Below are positions 18,261 through 27,256 of a DNA stretch of 64,000 bases, in pieces. Source of the DNA: Myxococcota bacterium (GTDB lineage: Bacteria > Myxococcota_A > Polyangia > Polyangiales > Sandaracinaceae); assembly GCA_036149055.1 (NCBI GenBank), contig JAYZQJ010000204.1, positions 1 through 64,000 on the forward strand, written 5' to 3'. The translations under genes and the position numbers were made by a program. Positions within the stretch are counted from its first letter, which is position 1; each line of letters begins with the position of its first letter. Under the pieces are notes generated by a model that saw only the letters and a program-made list of their open reading frames with translations, was not told the origin of the DNA and made no database searches.

Positions 18261-18655
18261 CTGCCGTCCTCGCAGTCGACGCCGCCGCGGCGGGCGCCCG
18301 AGGCGATCTCGGAGAGGCAGCGATCGGCGCAGGTCTCGGTGACGTAGCGCATCAACGCCTCGTCCCGGAAGATCGCCTCGGCCTTGGTGACCGAGGGATC
18401 TCCCGCCGGCGAGTCGCGCCAGACCTGGTACATCGCGTCGTAGCCCGGATCGGCGTCGCGACAGTATCCGTTGCACGCGAGTCGTTGCGCGCGCTCGCGG
18501 TCCGCGGTCCCCTCCTCCGGCGAGTGCTGCGCCCCCTGGTCGTCCTCTACCCAGCCGAGGCAGGTGGCGGCGCCGGATCCGCCGCAGGCGAGGAGGGGCC
18601 AGGTGAGCGCCAGCGCGGCGCCCGTCCGCGCCCAGAGTCGAGAGGCTCGCGACAT
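18257..18655 (-). CDS. Small Cys-rich lipoprotein
   Basis: Lipobox LLAC; CNGYC and CADRC; TACCCT 6 nt upstream. Confidence 0.6.
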   Translation of the reverse strand: MSRASRLWARTGAALALTWPLLACGGSGAATCLGWVEDDQGAQHSPEEGTADRERAQRLACNGYCRDADPGYDAMYQVWRDSPAGDPSVTKAEAIFRDEALMRYVTETCADRCLSEIASGARRGGVDCEDGR

Positions 18656-18714
18656 GGGGCGAGGGTACCAGAGGGCACCTTCAGTCTCCGCGCTCCTGTC
18701 CGTTCGGGAGGTCC

Positions 18715-20439
18715 ATGGTGATGGACTGGCGGGTCCAGCTCTCCGCGTCCCTGGCGCGCGAGCTCGACGTGGAGGGGCTGGCGCGCTCGCTGTGTGCGGC
18801 GGTGGCGACGCGGATCGAGGCGCCGGTCACCGCGCGCGTCGGAGACACGGTGCACACGGCGCCGGCCGGCGCCCCCGAAGCGGCCGTCGCGGCCGAGGTG
18901 CCGGGAGACGGCGCGCGCTTCGCACTCGAGCCCGAGCGCGTGGTGGTGGCGCTCGAGGCGAGGGGCCGCCTGATCCTGCAGCTCGGGGCCGAGCGGACGG
19001 ATCGCGAGGCGCTGGCCGCCGAGGTGGCCGAGCTGGGGCCGCTCGTGGCCGCGCTCGTCGACGGCGTGGAGATGTACCAGGCGCTCGACCTCGTCGTGCA
19101 GCAGGAGATGGCCGCCGCGATCCGGCGCGAGGAGCACATCAAGCTCCTCATGGACAGCATGCACGACGGGCTGATCGTGTGCGGCCTCGACGGCCTCCTC
19201 ACCGGGACCCGATCGGCCGCCGCGCAGCGGCTCCTCGGAGACCGCGAGGGGGAGGCCCTCTGGGACGTGCTCGGGGCCGGCGAGATGGGCCGGCTCGCCT
19301 ACGAGCAGCTCGCCGAGGATCTCCTGCCCTTCGAGGTCTCGGCCGCGGCGATGCCGGCGGAGATCGTGCGCGACGGACGGGTGCTCCGCCTCGGCTATCG
19401 CCCGGTCATCGAGGACGGCCGCTTCGCCTACGTGCTCCTGATCGTGCGCGACGCCACCGCGGAGGTCGCGGCCGAGCGGGCGGACGCCGAGCGCCGGCAG
19501 ATGACGAAGATAGTCTCGCACCTCGTGGCCGATCACGGCGGCTTCCTCGCGTTCGTGCGCGAGGTGGACGAGCTCCTCCGGCGGCTCGGCGAGGCCGCGC
19601 CCGACGAGGAGCTCCTTCGCGCCCTGCACACGCTCAAGGGGAACACGGCCATCTTCGGGTTCGACGCCATCGCGGCCCGCTGTCACGCGCTCGAGGAGCG
19701 GCTGGCCCAGGGCGCGGCGCTCACCCGCGAGGACGTCGATGGCCTGGCGCTCGCCTGGCGCGAGACCCTCGGCGGCATCGGCGCGATGTTGGAGGGCGAC
19801 ACCGGCGGCGACATGCGGGTACTGCGCGGCGAGTACGATCGGCTCTGCGCGGCCCTCGAGCGAGAGGACACGCCGACGTCGCTCCGGGAGCTCGTGGCGA
19901 GCTGGGAGCGGGAGGCGGTCCGAGATCTGCTCACGACGCCCGGCCGCCAGGCGGAGCGCCTCGCGGCGCAGCTCGGCAAGCACGTCGACGTGGTGGTCGC
20001 GCACAACGACGTGCGGCTCCCCCACGAGGGGGCGCGAGGGCTGTTCCGCAGCCTGGTGCACCTCATCCGCAACGCGCTCGACCACGGGCTGGAGGGGCCG
20101 GCCGAGCGGGTCCGCGCCGGCAAGCCCGAGCGAGGCGCGCTCCACATCGCGGCCCACCGAGACGCGGAGCGCTTCACCATCAGCGTGCGCGACGACGGGC
20201 GCGGGATCGACGAGGAGGCCGTGCGCCGCCGGGCCCGGGAGCGCGGGCTCGACAGCGCGAGCCTCCTCGACGCGCTCTGCGCCGACGGAGTCTCCACCCG
20301 CGACGCGGTGAGCGAGGTCTCCGGCCGCGGCGTGGGGCTCGCCGCCGTGCGCGGCGCGTGCGAGGCCCTCGGCGGTCAGCTCGAGCTGGACTCCCGCCGC
20401 GGCGAGGGCACGACCTTCCGCTGCGTGATCCCCGCCTGA
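18715..20439 (+). CDS. Soluble CheA-like histidine kinase (PAS-like, HPt, HATPase_c; no CheW domain)
   Basis: LLMDSMHDGL PAS-like start; LHTLKG; HLIRNALDHGLE; DDGRGID; SGRGVGL; GEGTTF. Confidence 0.85.
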   Translation: MVMDWRVQLSASLARELDVEGLARSLCAAVATRIEAPVTARVGDTVHTAPAGAPEAAVAAEVPGDGARFALEPERVVVALEARGRLILQLGAERTDREALAAEVAELGPLVAALVDGVEMYQALDLVVQQEMAAAIRREEHIKLLMDSMHDGLIVCGLDGLLTGTRSAAAQRLLGDREGEALWDVLGAGEMGRLAYEQLAEDLLPFEVSAAAMPAEIVRDGRVLRLGYRPVIEDGRFAYVLLIVRDATAEVAAERADAERRQMTKIVSHLVADHGGFLAFVREVDELLRRLGEAAPDEELLRALHTLKGNTAIFGFDAIAARCHALEERLAQGAALTREDVDGLALAWRETLGGIGAMLEGDTGGDMRVLRGEYDRLCAALEREDTPTSLRELVASWEREAVRDLLTTPGRQAERLAAQLGKHVDVVVAHNDVRLPHEGARGLFRSLVHLIRNALDHGLEGPAERVRAGKPERGALHIAAHRDAERFTISVRDDGRGIDEEAVRRRARERGLDSASLLDALCADGVSTRDAVSEVSGRGVGLAAVRGACEALGGQLELDSRRGEGTTFRCVIPA

Positions 20440-20483
20440 TCCGTTTTCTTGCGCTTTCCGATCGCCGCCCCCTCAATCGAGGC

Positions 20484-20930
20484 ATGCAGCGAGAGCACGC
20501 GAAGGGGGGCCGCGAGGCCGAGGCGACCAGACCCGTACGGACCGTGTTCCTGCGGCGCGGGGCGGTCACGGATCTGCACCGGCACGACGAGCCGAGCGCC
20601 TGGACCCGGGTGGTCTCGGGGCGCATCGTCGACGAGCGATGGCACCGCGCCGAGGGCGGCAAGCTCGTGCGCGAGGAGCGGGTGCTGCGCGCCGATCAGG
20701 CGCTGGCCGCGCCGACCGGGGCGCTCCACCGCGTCCGGGCGCTCGAAGACACCGCGTTCGTCACCTCGTGCTCCGACGAGTGCGGGTGCGCCCGGCCCGC
20801 CGCCCTCGAGGAGCTCTGCGCGGCCGACGTCGCCCGCGCGATGAGCGATCGGAGCGCGACCGAGACCGCGGTCGGCGCCCCGTCCCCCGCGCCGCCCGAG
20901 CGGAGCGCCCGGACGATCCTGAAGCGCTGA
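20484..20930 (+). CDS. Cupin-fold protein (cysteine dioxygenase-like)
   Basis: Cupin motif 1 LHRH..WTRVVSG..E and motif 2 GALHRV; start inferred at ATG 20484. Confidence 0.5.
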   Translation: MQREHAKGGREAEATRPVRTVFLRRGAVTDLHRHDEPSAWTRVVSGRIVDERWHRAEGGKLVREERVLRADQALAAPTGALHRVRALEDTAFVTSCSDECGCARPAALEELCAADVARAMSDRSATETAVGAPSPAPPERSARTILKR

Positions 20931-20949
20931 GCGGTGATATCTTCGCGGC

Positions 20950-21147
20950 ATGAGTCAGTGGAAGCTGTGCAGCATGTGCCGCAAGCCGATCGCGCACGGG
21001 AGCACGTACTACGCGTGCAGCGTCTCGACCTGTAACCGCAAACGGACCGCGCTCTTCTTCTGCTCGGTCGACTGCTGGGACGCCCACGACGCCGGCGCGA
21101 ACCACCGGACGAGCTGGGCCGAGGAGAAGACCGCGCCAGCTTCGTGA
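20950..21147 (+). CDS. Small Zn-finger-like protein (65 aa)
   Basis: CSMC, CSVSTC, FCSVDCWDAH; TATCTT 6 nt upstream. Confidence 0.7.
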   Translation: MSQWKLCSMCRKPIAHGSTYYACSVSTCNRKRTALFFCSVDCWDAHDAGANHRTSWAEEKTAPAS

Positions 21148-21196
21148 CAGGCGTCGCCCACGCCGTCCGAAAGCGGGTATCATCCCGCGCAGCATC

Positions 21197-21817
21197 ATGG
21201 CTCGACCAGTCGACGCCGACTCCGCGCGCACCTACGACTCGATCGTCAGGGCGGCGCTCGACGTGCTCGACGAGGCCGGGCTCCCCGAGCGGCTGAGCAT
21301 GCGGAAGGTCGCCGCGGCCGCCGAGGTCAGCCCGGGGACCATCCAGTACTACTTCGGGTCCAAGACGGACCTGCTCGAGGCCTGCCTCGACGGCTACTAC
21401 CAGCGGCTCACCGCGACCGCCGGGCAGCTGACCTCGACCATGCACGAGCGCGAGGGGGCGGCGCTCGTCGAGCACGTCGCGCGCAGCCTCTTCCGCTTCG
21501 CGCGGCGGGAGCGGGCGCTGATCAAGCTGCGCATGGCCACCAACGCCCAGCGCGGCGAGCTGCACCCGAACCGCCAGCCCGAGTTCCTCGGCTCGATGAT
21601 CGTCGAGGCCGCGAAGAGCTTCGCGCCCCACATCACGGTGGACCAGCTGCACGCGCGCCTCGCCATCCAGTCGATGTCGTCGATCATGGCGCGCATGGCG
21701 CTGCTGACCGACTCCGAGCTCGAGTGCCTCACCGACGCGACCGGCGACGACGGCTGGGCGCAGGTCGAGGAGTACGTCGCTCAGGCGGCCGTGCGGCTGC
21801 TCTGCCCGGCCGGCTGA
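21197..21817 (+). CDS. TetR/AcrR family transcriptional regulator
   Basis: HTH LSMRKVAAAAEVSPGTIQYYFGSKTDLL. Confidence 0.9.
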   Translation: MARPVDADSARTYDSIVRAALDVLDEAGLPERLSMRKVAAAAEVSPGTIQYYFGSKTDLLEACLDGYYQRLTATAGQLTSTMHEREGAALVEHVARSLFRFARRERALIKLRMATNAQRGELHPNRQPEFLGSMIVEAAKSFAPHITVDQLHARLAIQSMSSIMARMALLTDSELECLTDATGDDGWAQVEEYVAQAAVRLLCPAG

Positions 21818-22350
21818 GGCAGGTCTCCGGGCGGCAGATCAGTCGGCAGCTGGGGACCGAGGCGTAGCGAGCGCAGCACGTGCCACCCGATCGAGAGGCT
21901 GCCCACGCCGAGGCCGATCACCACGCCGGCGTCGACGATGCCGCGCCAGGGCTGGGGCGTCATGCGGACGAGGACCACGAGCGCGCTGATGCCGACGACC
22001 AGCGACCACGCGACGAGGGTGCCGCGGCGCGTGGAGGCGAAGAGCGACATGCAGTACGCGGGCGCGAGGAGCGCGCTCCCGAGCCGGCGCCGGCGGCCGA
22101 GGTGGAAGGCGCGGGCCACGACCCGGGGCGAGAAGCGGCGGTGGAAGCCGCGCCAGCCCTCGGCGTAGCCCATGAACGCGACCCAGCCGGCGAGGGCGGC
22201 CCAGTGCAGCGCGCCGAGCTCCATCGTCAGCGCCTCCGCCGCGATCGGCGACAGCCGGACGATCGCGTTCGCGAGCAGCGCGAGCACGCCGCCCACGCCC
22301 CACGCCACGACCATCCAGTCGAGGGGCGACAGGCGGGGGCGGTCCTCCAT
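21781..22350 (-). CDS. Hypothetical membrane protein
   Basis: Last 189 codons of the long antisense ORF; several TM helices (YAEGWRGF, PWRGIVDAGVV); ATG 22350 with TAGGAT 7 nt upstream. Confidence 0.7.
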   Translation of the reverse strand: MEDRPRLSPLDWMVVAWGVGGVLALLANAIVRLSPIAAEALTMELGALHWAALAGWVAFMGYAEGWRGFHRRFSPRVVARAFHLGRRRRLGSALLAPAYCMSLFASTRRGTLVAWSLVVGISALVVLVRMTPQPWRGIVDAGVVIGLGVGSLSIGWHVLRSLRLGPQLPTDLPPGDLPQPAGQSSRTAA

Positions 22351-22407
22351 GGGGAGCATCCTACCTCGATCCCCCAGGATCGGCCGCCTCTGATAGCCTC
22401 TCCTCTC

Positions 22408-23628
22408 ATGGCGGCTCGAACGGTGCCCACGCCGGAGGACGTGCGGGCGATCGTCGCGTTGGACGACGACCCCACCCTCCGAAACCTCAGGATCACGCAG
22501 GGCTATCACGACCTCTCGGAGGGGATGAGGGCGCGCACGGGCGGGCGTGACATCAACTGGACCACGCTCGGGACGTGGGCCTCCAAGACGGCCGGCAAGT
22601 TCATCCGGAGCGAGGAGGTGCCGGCGGCGTTCCGCGCGCTGCTGTCCGCGGCCGGGCCGCTCGCCGAGGTCGAGGAGAAGCTCGGGGTGCGCGGCCTGGT
22701 CGGCCTCGCCGGGGACATCGTTTCCGACGTCAGCACCTACATCATGGTCGGCAACCGGGTGGTCTTCGCCGAGCTCGGCGGCTGCTTCGCCGACGTGCTC
22801 CAGACCCTCGGCGACGACGAGGCGTTCGACCAGGCCAGGCTCGACGGCCTCCTCGAGCGCTACGCGAAGGGTGATCCGCAGCCCGACGTCACGCGCTGGG
22901 ACGGCAAGACCCTCATCGGCGAGCAGCGCGGCGGCCAGAGCATGCTGCGCGACATGGCGACCGCGCTCTACCGCGCCATGCACGAGCCCGATCCCAAGAC
23001 CCGCGCGGAGCTGCTGCTCCTCGCCAACGCTTACGGCGGCATTCACGAGCAGACCCGGCTCCAGACCTACATCGCGGGCTCGCTGAACGCGCCGTTCGAG
23101 GAGGTGCTGATCGGGCACGTGCACGACCAGCTCGACGACGGCGCGAAGAGGTCGCTGGCGACGACGCTGATCCGCCCCATCGCCAACCTCCTCGAGAAGG
23201 CGTGGAACGACTTCGCGACGCTGACGATGATGGAGCTCTACCTGCCCGACGGCACGATCCACCTCTCGCGTCCGCTCCCGCCGGATCCCGGCGGCCCGCT
23301 CGTGCCGAAGGATCTCGAGGAGATCGTCGACCCGACCCTGCGGACGGTGCTCTCGCGCTACGAGGCGCTCGACCTCGACGTCGAGGAGCGCTTCATCGAT
23401 CGCCTCGAGGACCGCTTCGCCGCGCTCATCGGGCTCGGGCACCGGCCCTCGCACGCGCAGGCGGTCGCGGTGGGCGCGGTCGACTGGGTCAGCCTCCCGC
23501 AGCGGATGCGCTACATCCTCACCCTCTTCCGGATGCGCGCGCAGGACCGGCACCTGATCGCGCAGCCCTTCACCGACGCGCAGCGGGTGAAGATGGACGA
23601 GGGCGTCGTGCCCGAGGGGCCGCTCTAG
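22408..23628 (+). CDS. Hypothetical soluble protein
   Basis: RNLRITQGY, NWTTLGTWASKTAG, GNRVVFAELG, HEQTRLQ; strong GC3 bias; TAGCCT 8 nt upstream. Confidence 0.7.
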   Translation: MAARTVPTPEDVRAIVALDDDPTLRNLRITQGYHDLSEGMRARTGGRDINWTTLGTWASKTAGKFIRSEEVPAAFRALLSAAGPLAEVEEKLGVRGLVGLAGDIVSDVSTYIMVGNRVVFAELGGCFADVLQTLGDDEAFDQARLDGLLERYAKGDPQPDVTRWDGKTLIGEQRGGQSMLRDMATALYRAMHEPDPKTRAELLLLANAYGGIHEQTRLQTYIAGSLNAPFEEVLIGHVHDQLDDGAKRSLATTLIRPIANLLEKAWNDFATLTMMELYLPDGTIHLSRPLPPDPGGPLVPKDLEEIVDPTLRTVLSRYEALDLDVEERFIDRLEDRFAALIGLGHRPSHAQAVAVGAVDWVSLPQRMRYILTLFRMRAQDRHLIAQPFTDAQRVKMDEGVVPEGPL

Positions 23629-26600
23629 ATGGAGTGCCCGAGCTGCCAGCACGAGAACCGCGACGGCGCGAAGTTCTGCGGCGAGTGCGGTGAGCGGCTC
23701 GCCGGCAAGTGTCCCAGCTGCGGCCACGTCAACCGGCCGAGCGCGAAGTTCTGCGACGACTGCGGGACCAAGCTCGCGGCCGCCGCGCCCAAGAAGAGCC
23801 CGTCGGGCGTCCAGGGCGAGCGCCGTCAGCTCAGCGTGATGTTCTGCGATCTGGTGTCGGCGACGGAGCTGTCGGCGCGCCTCGACCCGGAGGATCTGCG
23901 CGAGGTGATCCAGGCGTTCCAGCGGGCGGCGACCGAGGAGATCCGCCGCTTCGACGGTCACGTCGCGCAGCACCTCGGGGACGGACTGCTCGTCTACTTC
24001 GGCTACCCGCGCGCCCACGAGGACGACGCGATCCGGGCCGGGCACGCGGCGCTCGGGGTCATCGAGGCGGTCGCGCGGCTGGACGAGCGGCTCTCTCGCG
24101 AGCGCGGGGTGAGGCTCGCGGTCCGCGTCGGCATCCACACCGGGCCCACGGTGGTCGGGGCGGTCGGCGGCGAGGGCGTGACCGAGCAGCTCGCGATCGG
24201 CGAGACCCCGAACCTGGCCGCGCGCCTCCAGGGCATCGCCGAGCCGAACACCGCGGTGGTCAGCGCCGAGACCGAGCGCCTCCTGCGACGCGCCTTCCGC
24301 ACCGAGAGCCGCGGCGCGCACGCGCTCAAGGGCTTCGACGAGGCGCGCGAGGTGTTCCGCGTCGTCACCCGCGGCCCGAGCGCCGAGGAGCCGGTGCCGC
24401 GCACGCCCTTCGTCGGTCGCGAGGCCGAGGTCTCCGCGCTCCGATCGCTCCTCGAGCAGGCGAAGGCGGGCTCCGGCCGCTCGGTGCTGATCCGCGGCGA
24501 GGCCGGCGTGGGCAAGTCTCGCCTCTGCTCGGTGCTCGACGGCGCCGAGGCCCGGGTGCTGCGCTCGCGCGGCTCCACCTTCTTCGCGCACACGCCCTTC
24601 CAGCCGGTCGGCGAGCTGCTGCGTCAGCTCGCGCGCGTGCCCGACGACGAAGGGCGGCTCGACGCGCTCCGCGCCCTGATCGAGCGGCTCGAGCTGTCGG
24701 ACCCGGACGCCCTCGGGCTCCTCGCGCCGCTCCTCGGCGTCGACGACGTCCCGCTCCCGCCGCTCACGCCGCAGATCCGCAAGGGCCGGACGCTCGCGCT
24801 GCTCGTGGCGGCGTTCCTGCGCGCGGCCGAGCTCGCGCCCACCCTCATCGTGCTCGAGGACGTGCACTGGGTGGACGAGTCGACCCTGGAGCTCGTCGGC
24901 GGGCTGGCCGAGTCCCTCGCGGACGCGCCGCTGCTGCTCGTCCTGACCGCCCGGCCGGAGTTCCGCGCGCAGTGGCACGTGCAGACCGAGCTGGCCCTGC
25001 ATCGCCTGCCGCGCGCCGCCATCGACGCGATCATCGACGCGGTGGGGGAGGGCGAGATCCCGCCCGAGCTCGCCCAGCAGATCACCCTCAAGGCCGACGG
25101 GAACCCGCTCTTCGCGGAGGAGCTCGCGCAGATGGTGATCGAGTCCGGTCTGCTCGAGTCGAAGGTCAACACGAGCGGTGAGCATCAGCTGCTCGCCATC
25201 CCGGCGACCCTGCACGACTCGCTGATGGCGCGCCTCGATCAGCTGCCGCCGAAGAAGAAGACCCTCGTGCAGCTCTGCTCCACGATCGGGCGGCGGTTCA
25301 GCGAGGAGCTGCTCCGCGAGATCTTGCGCTCCTTCGAGGAGGAGATGCAGAACGAGCTGCGGCGCATCACCGACGGCGAGCTCATCTACCAGCGCGGCGT
25401 GTCCCCCCGATCGATGTTCGTGTTCAAGCACGCGCTCGTGCAGGACGCGGCCTACGCCTCGCTTCTCAAGCGGACCCGGCGCAAGTACCACCAGCGGGTC
25501 GCCGACGTGCTGAGCGAGCGCTTCCCGGAGACGCCGCCCGAGGTGCTCGCCCACCACCTGACCGAGGGCAACCGGCCGGCCGCCGCGGTGCCGCACTGGC
25601 ACGCCGCCGGGCAGGCCGCGCTCGGCGCCTTCGCCCTCGGGGACGCGATGAGCCACCTCTCCCGCGGGCTGGCCTGCGTCGAGCAGCTCCCGGAGGGCGA
25701 CGCGCGGCTCGCGCAGGAGCTGGCGCTGCGCGGCACGCTCGGTGTCCCGCTGATGCTCACCCAGGGCTTCGCGTCGTCGGAGGTCGAGGCCAACTACTCG
25801 CGCATGCTCGAGCTCTGCCAGCACGCCGGGGACGACGCCGCCGCCCAGGTCTTCCCGGCGCTCTGGGGCCTCTGGACCTTCTACATCGTCAGCGGTCAGC
25901 ACCCGAAGGCGGAGGAGACGGCGTCCATGCTGCGCGGGCTGGGCGAGCGGACCGGCGACGTCGCGATCCGGGTGGCCGGGCTCACCGCCCACGGCGCGGC
26001 GCGGCTGATGCGGGGGCACATCACCGACGGCCGCCGCGCGCTCGAGGAGGCGCTGGCCTCGTACGACCGGGAGGCTCACGGGCCGCTGGCGCTGCAGCTC
26101 GGGCAGGACCTCGGCGCGATGTGCCTCTCGTTCCTCACCTGGGCGCACGTGCACGCGGGCGAGGACGATCAGGCGACGCAGCGCGCGAACGAGGCGGACG
26201 CGCTCGCCGACGCGCTGGCGCAGCCCTCGACCCGCGCCTTCGTCGACACGGTGCTCGGGACCTGGAGCTGCGTGGCCGGGGACCCGAGCGACGCGGCCCG
26301 CCGGGCGGAGGTCGTGGTGCAGCTGGCCGCGCAGATGGGCATGCCGCACTGGGACGCTCAGGCGCGCATCGTGCGCGGCTGGAGCCGAGCCCTGGGCGGC
26401 GAGTCGGCGGTCGAGGACATTCGCGCCGGCGTCGAGGCGCTCACCGCGATGGGCTCCATGGCGACGATGACCCTCTACTGGGCCGGGCTCGCCGAGGCGG
26501 AGCTCGCCGCCGGCCGGCTCGACGAGGCGCGGGCCGCGGTCCGGGAGGCCGCCGCCTATCTCGCCCGGAGCGACGAGCGCGTGCACGAGGCCGGGCTCGC

Positions 26601-26742
26601 GATCATGGATGGGCGGGTCGCGCTCGCGGCCGGCGACGTGGGACACGCCCGCGCCGCCTTCGAGCGCGCCCTCGCGGTGGCCCAGGCGCAGGAGGCGCAC
26701 GGCATGGCCCGGCGCGCCGAGCGCCACCTCGCGGAGATGTGA
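23629..26742 (+). CDS. Class III adenylate/guanylate cyclase with double Zn ribbon, STAND/AAA NTPase and TPR-like region
   Basis: Four CxxC; VMFCDLV, GDG, NLAARLQ; FVGRE; Walker A GEAGVGKS; Walker B LEDVHW; GNPLF; FKHALVQDAAY. Confidence 0.92.
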   Translation: MECPSCQHENRDGAKFCGECGERLAGKCPSCGHVNRPSAKFCDDCGTKLAAAAPKKSPSGVQGERRQLSVMFCDLVSATELSARLDPEDLREVIQAFQRAATEEIRRFDGHVAQHLGDGLLVYFGYPRAHEDDAIRAGHAALGVIEAVARLDERLSRERGVRLAVRVGIHTGPTVVGAVGGEGVTEQLAIGETPNLAARLQGIAEPNTAVVSAETERLLRRAFRTESRGAHALKGFDEAREVFRVVTRGPSAEEPVPRTPFVGREAEVSALRSLLEQAKAGSGRSVLIRGEAGVGKSRLCSVLDGAEARVLRSRGSTFFAHTPFQPVGELLRQLARVPDDEGRLDALRALIERLELSDPDALGLLAPLLGVDDVPLPPLTPQIRKGRTLALLVAAFLRAAELAPTLIVLEDVHWVDESTLELVGGLAESLADAPLLLVLTARPEFRAQWHVQTELALHRLPRAAIDAIIDAVGEGEIPPELAQQITLKADGNPLFAEELAQMVIESGLLESKVNTSGEHQLLAIPATLHDSLMARLDQLPPKKKTLVQLCSTIGRRFSEELLREILRSFEEEMQNELRRITDGELIYQRGVSPRSMFVFKHALVQDAAYASLLKRTRRKYHQRVADVLSERFPETPPEVLAHHLTEGNRPAAAVPHWHAAGQAALGAFALGDAMSHLSRGLACVEQLPEGDARLAQELALRGTLGVPLMLTQGFASSEVEANYSRMLELCQHAGDDAAAQVFPALWGLWTFYIVSGQHPKAEETASMLRGLGERTGDVAIRVAGLTAHGAARLMRGHITDGRRALEEALASYDREAHGPLALQLGQDLGAMCLSFLTWAHVHAGEDDQATQRANEADALADALAQPSTRAFVDTVLGTWSCVAGDPSDAARRAEVVVQLAAQMGMPHWDAQARIVRGWSRALGGESAVEDIRAGVEALTAMGSMATMTLYWAGLAEAELAAGRLDEARAAVREAAAYLARSDERVHEAGLAIMDGRVALAAGDVGHARAAFERALAVAQAQEAHGMARRAERHLAEM

Positions 26743-27194
26743 TGGCGCGCTACCTCACCACCGTCACCGTGCCCGTCGCGATCGACACCACGTTCGCCTA
26801 CGTGAGCGACTTCAGCCACGCGGGCAGCTGGGACCCGCGGGTGAGCGCGGCTCGCCGCCTCGACGACGGCGGCCCGGTCGGCCTCGGCTCGCGCTTCGAG
26901 CTCGACTCCCCCGGCCCGCTCGGCGGCACGATCGCCTTCCCCTATCGGGTCGTCCGCTTCGACGCGCCGCACCACGTCGCCTTCGAGGGCCAGGTCGACT
27001 TCGCCTCCTACCGGGACGCGCTCACCTTCGAAGCCGACGGCGACGCCGCGACCAAGCTCACCTACGACGCCCGCTTCGAGCTCCGGGGCCTGCTGCGCCT
27101 CGGCAGCCCGATCATGAGCCTCTTCTTCCAGCGCATCGGAGACGACGCGACGAACGGGATCCCGGACGCGGTGGCCCGCGCCGCGCGGGGTTGA
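26742..27194 (+). CDS. SRPBCC family protein
   Basis: TFAYVSDFSHAGSWDP; ATG overlaps the cyclase stop codon. Confidence 0.8.
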   Translation: MARYLTTVTVPVAIDTTFAYVSDFSHAGSWDPRVSAARRLDDGGPVGLGSRFELDSPGPLGGTIAFPYRVVRFDAPHHVAFEGQVDFASYRDALTFEADGDAATKLTYDARFELRGLLRLGSPIMSLFFQRIGDDATNGIPDAVARAARG

Positions 27195-27256
27195 ACGGTT
27201 CCGCGCAGGGCCGGAAATTGCCCCCCGTGGGTCTCCGGCGTACCCCCGGGGCGGTG

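Noticed and set aside
22351..26727. N-terminal ~1450 aa of the 1648-aa minus-strand ORF
   Set aside because: Shadow of the plus-strand cyclase operon; only the last 189 codons look like a real membrane protein
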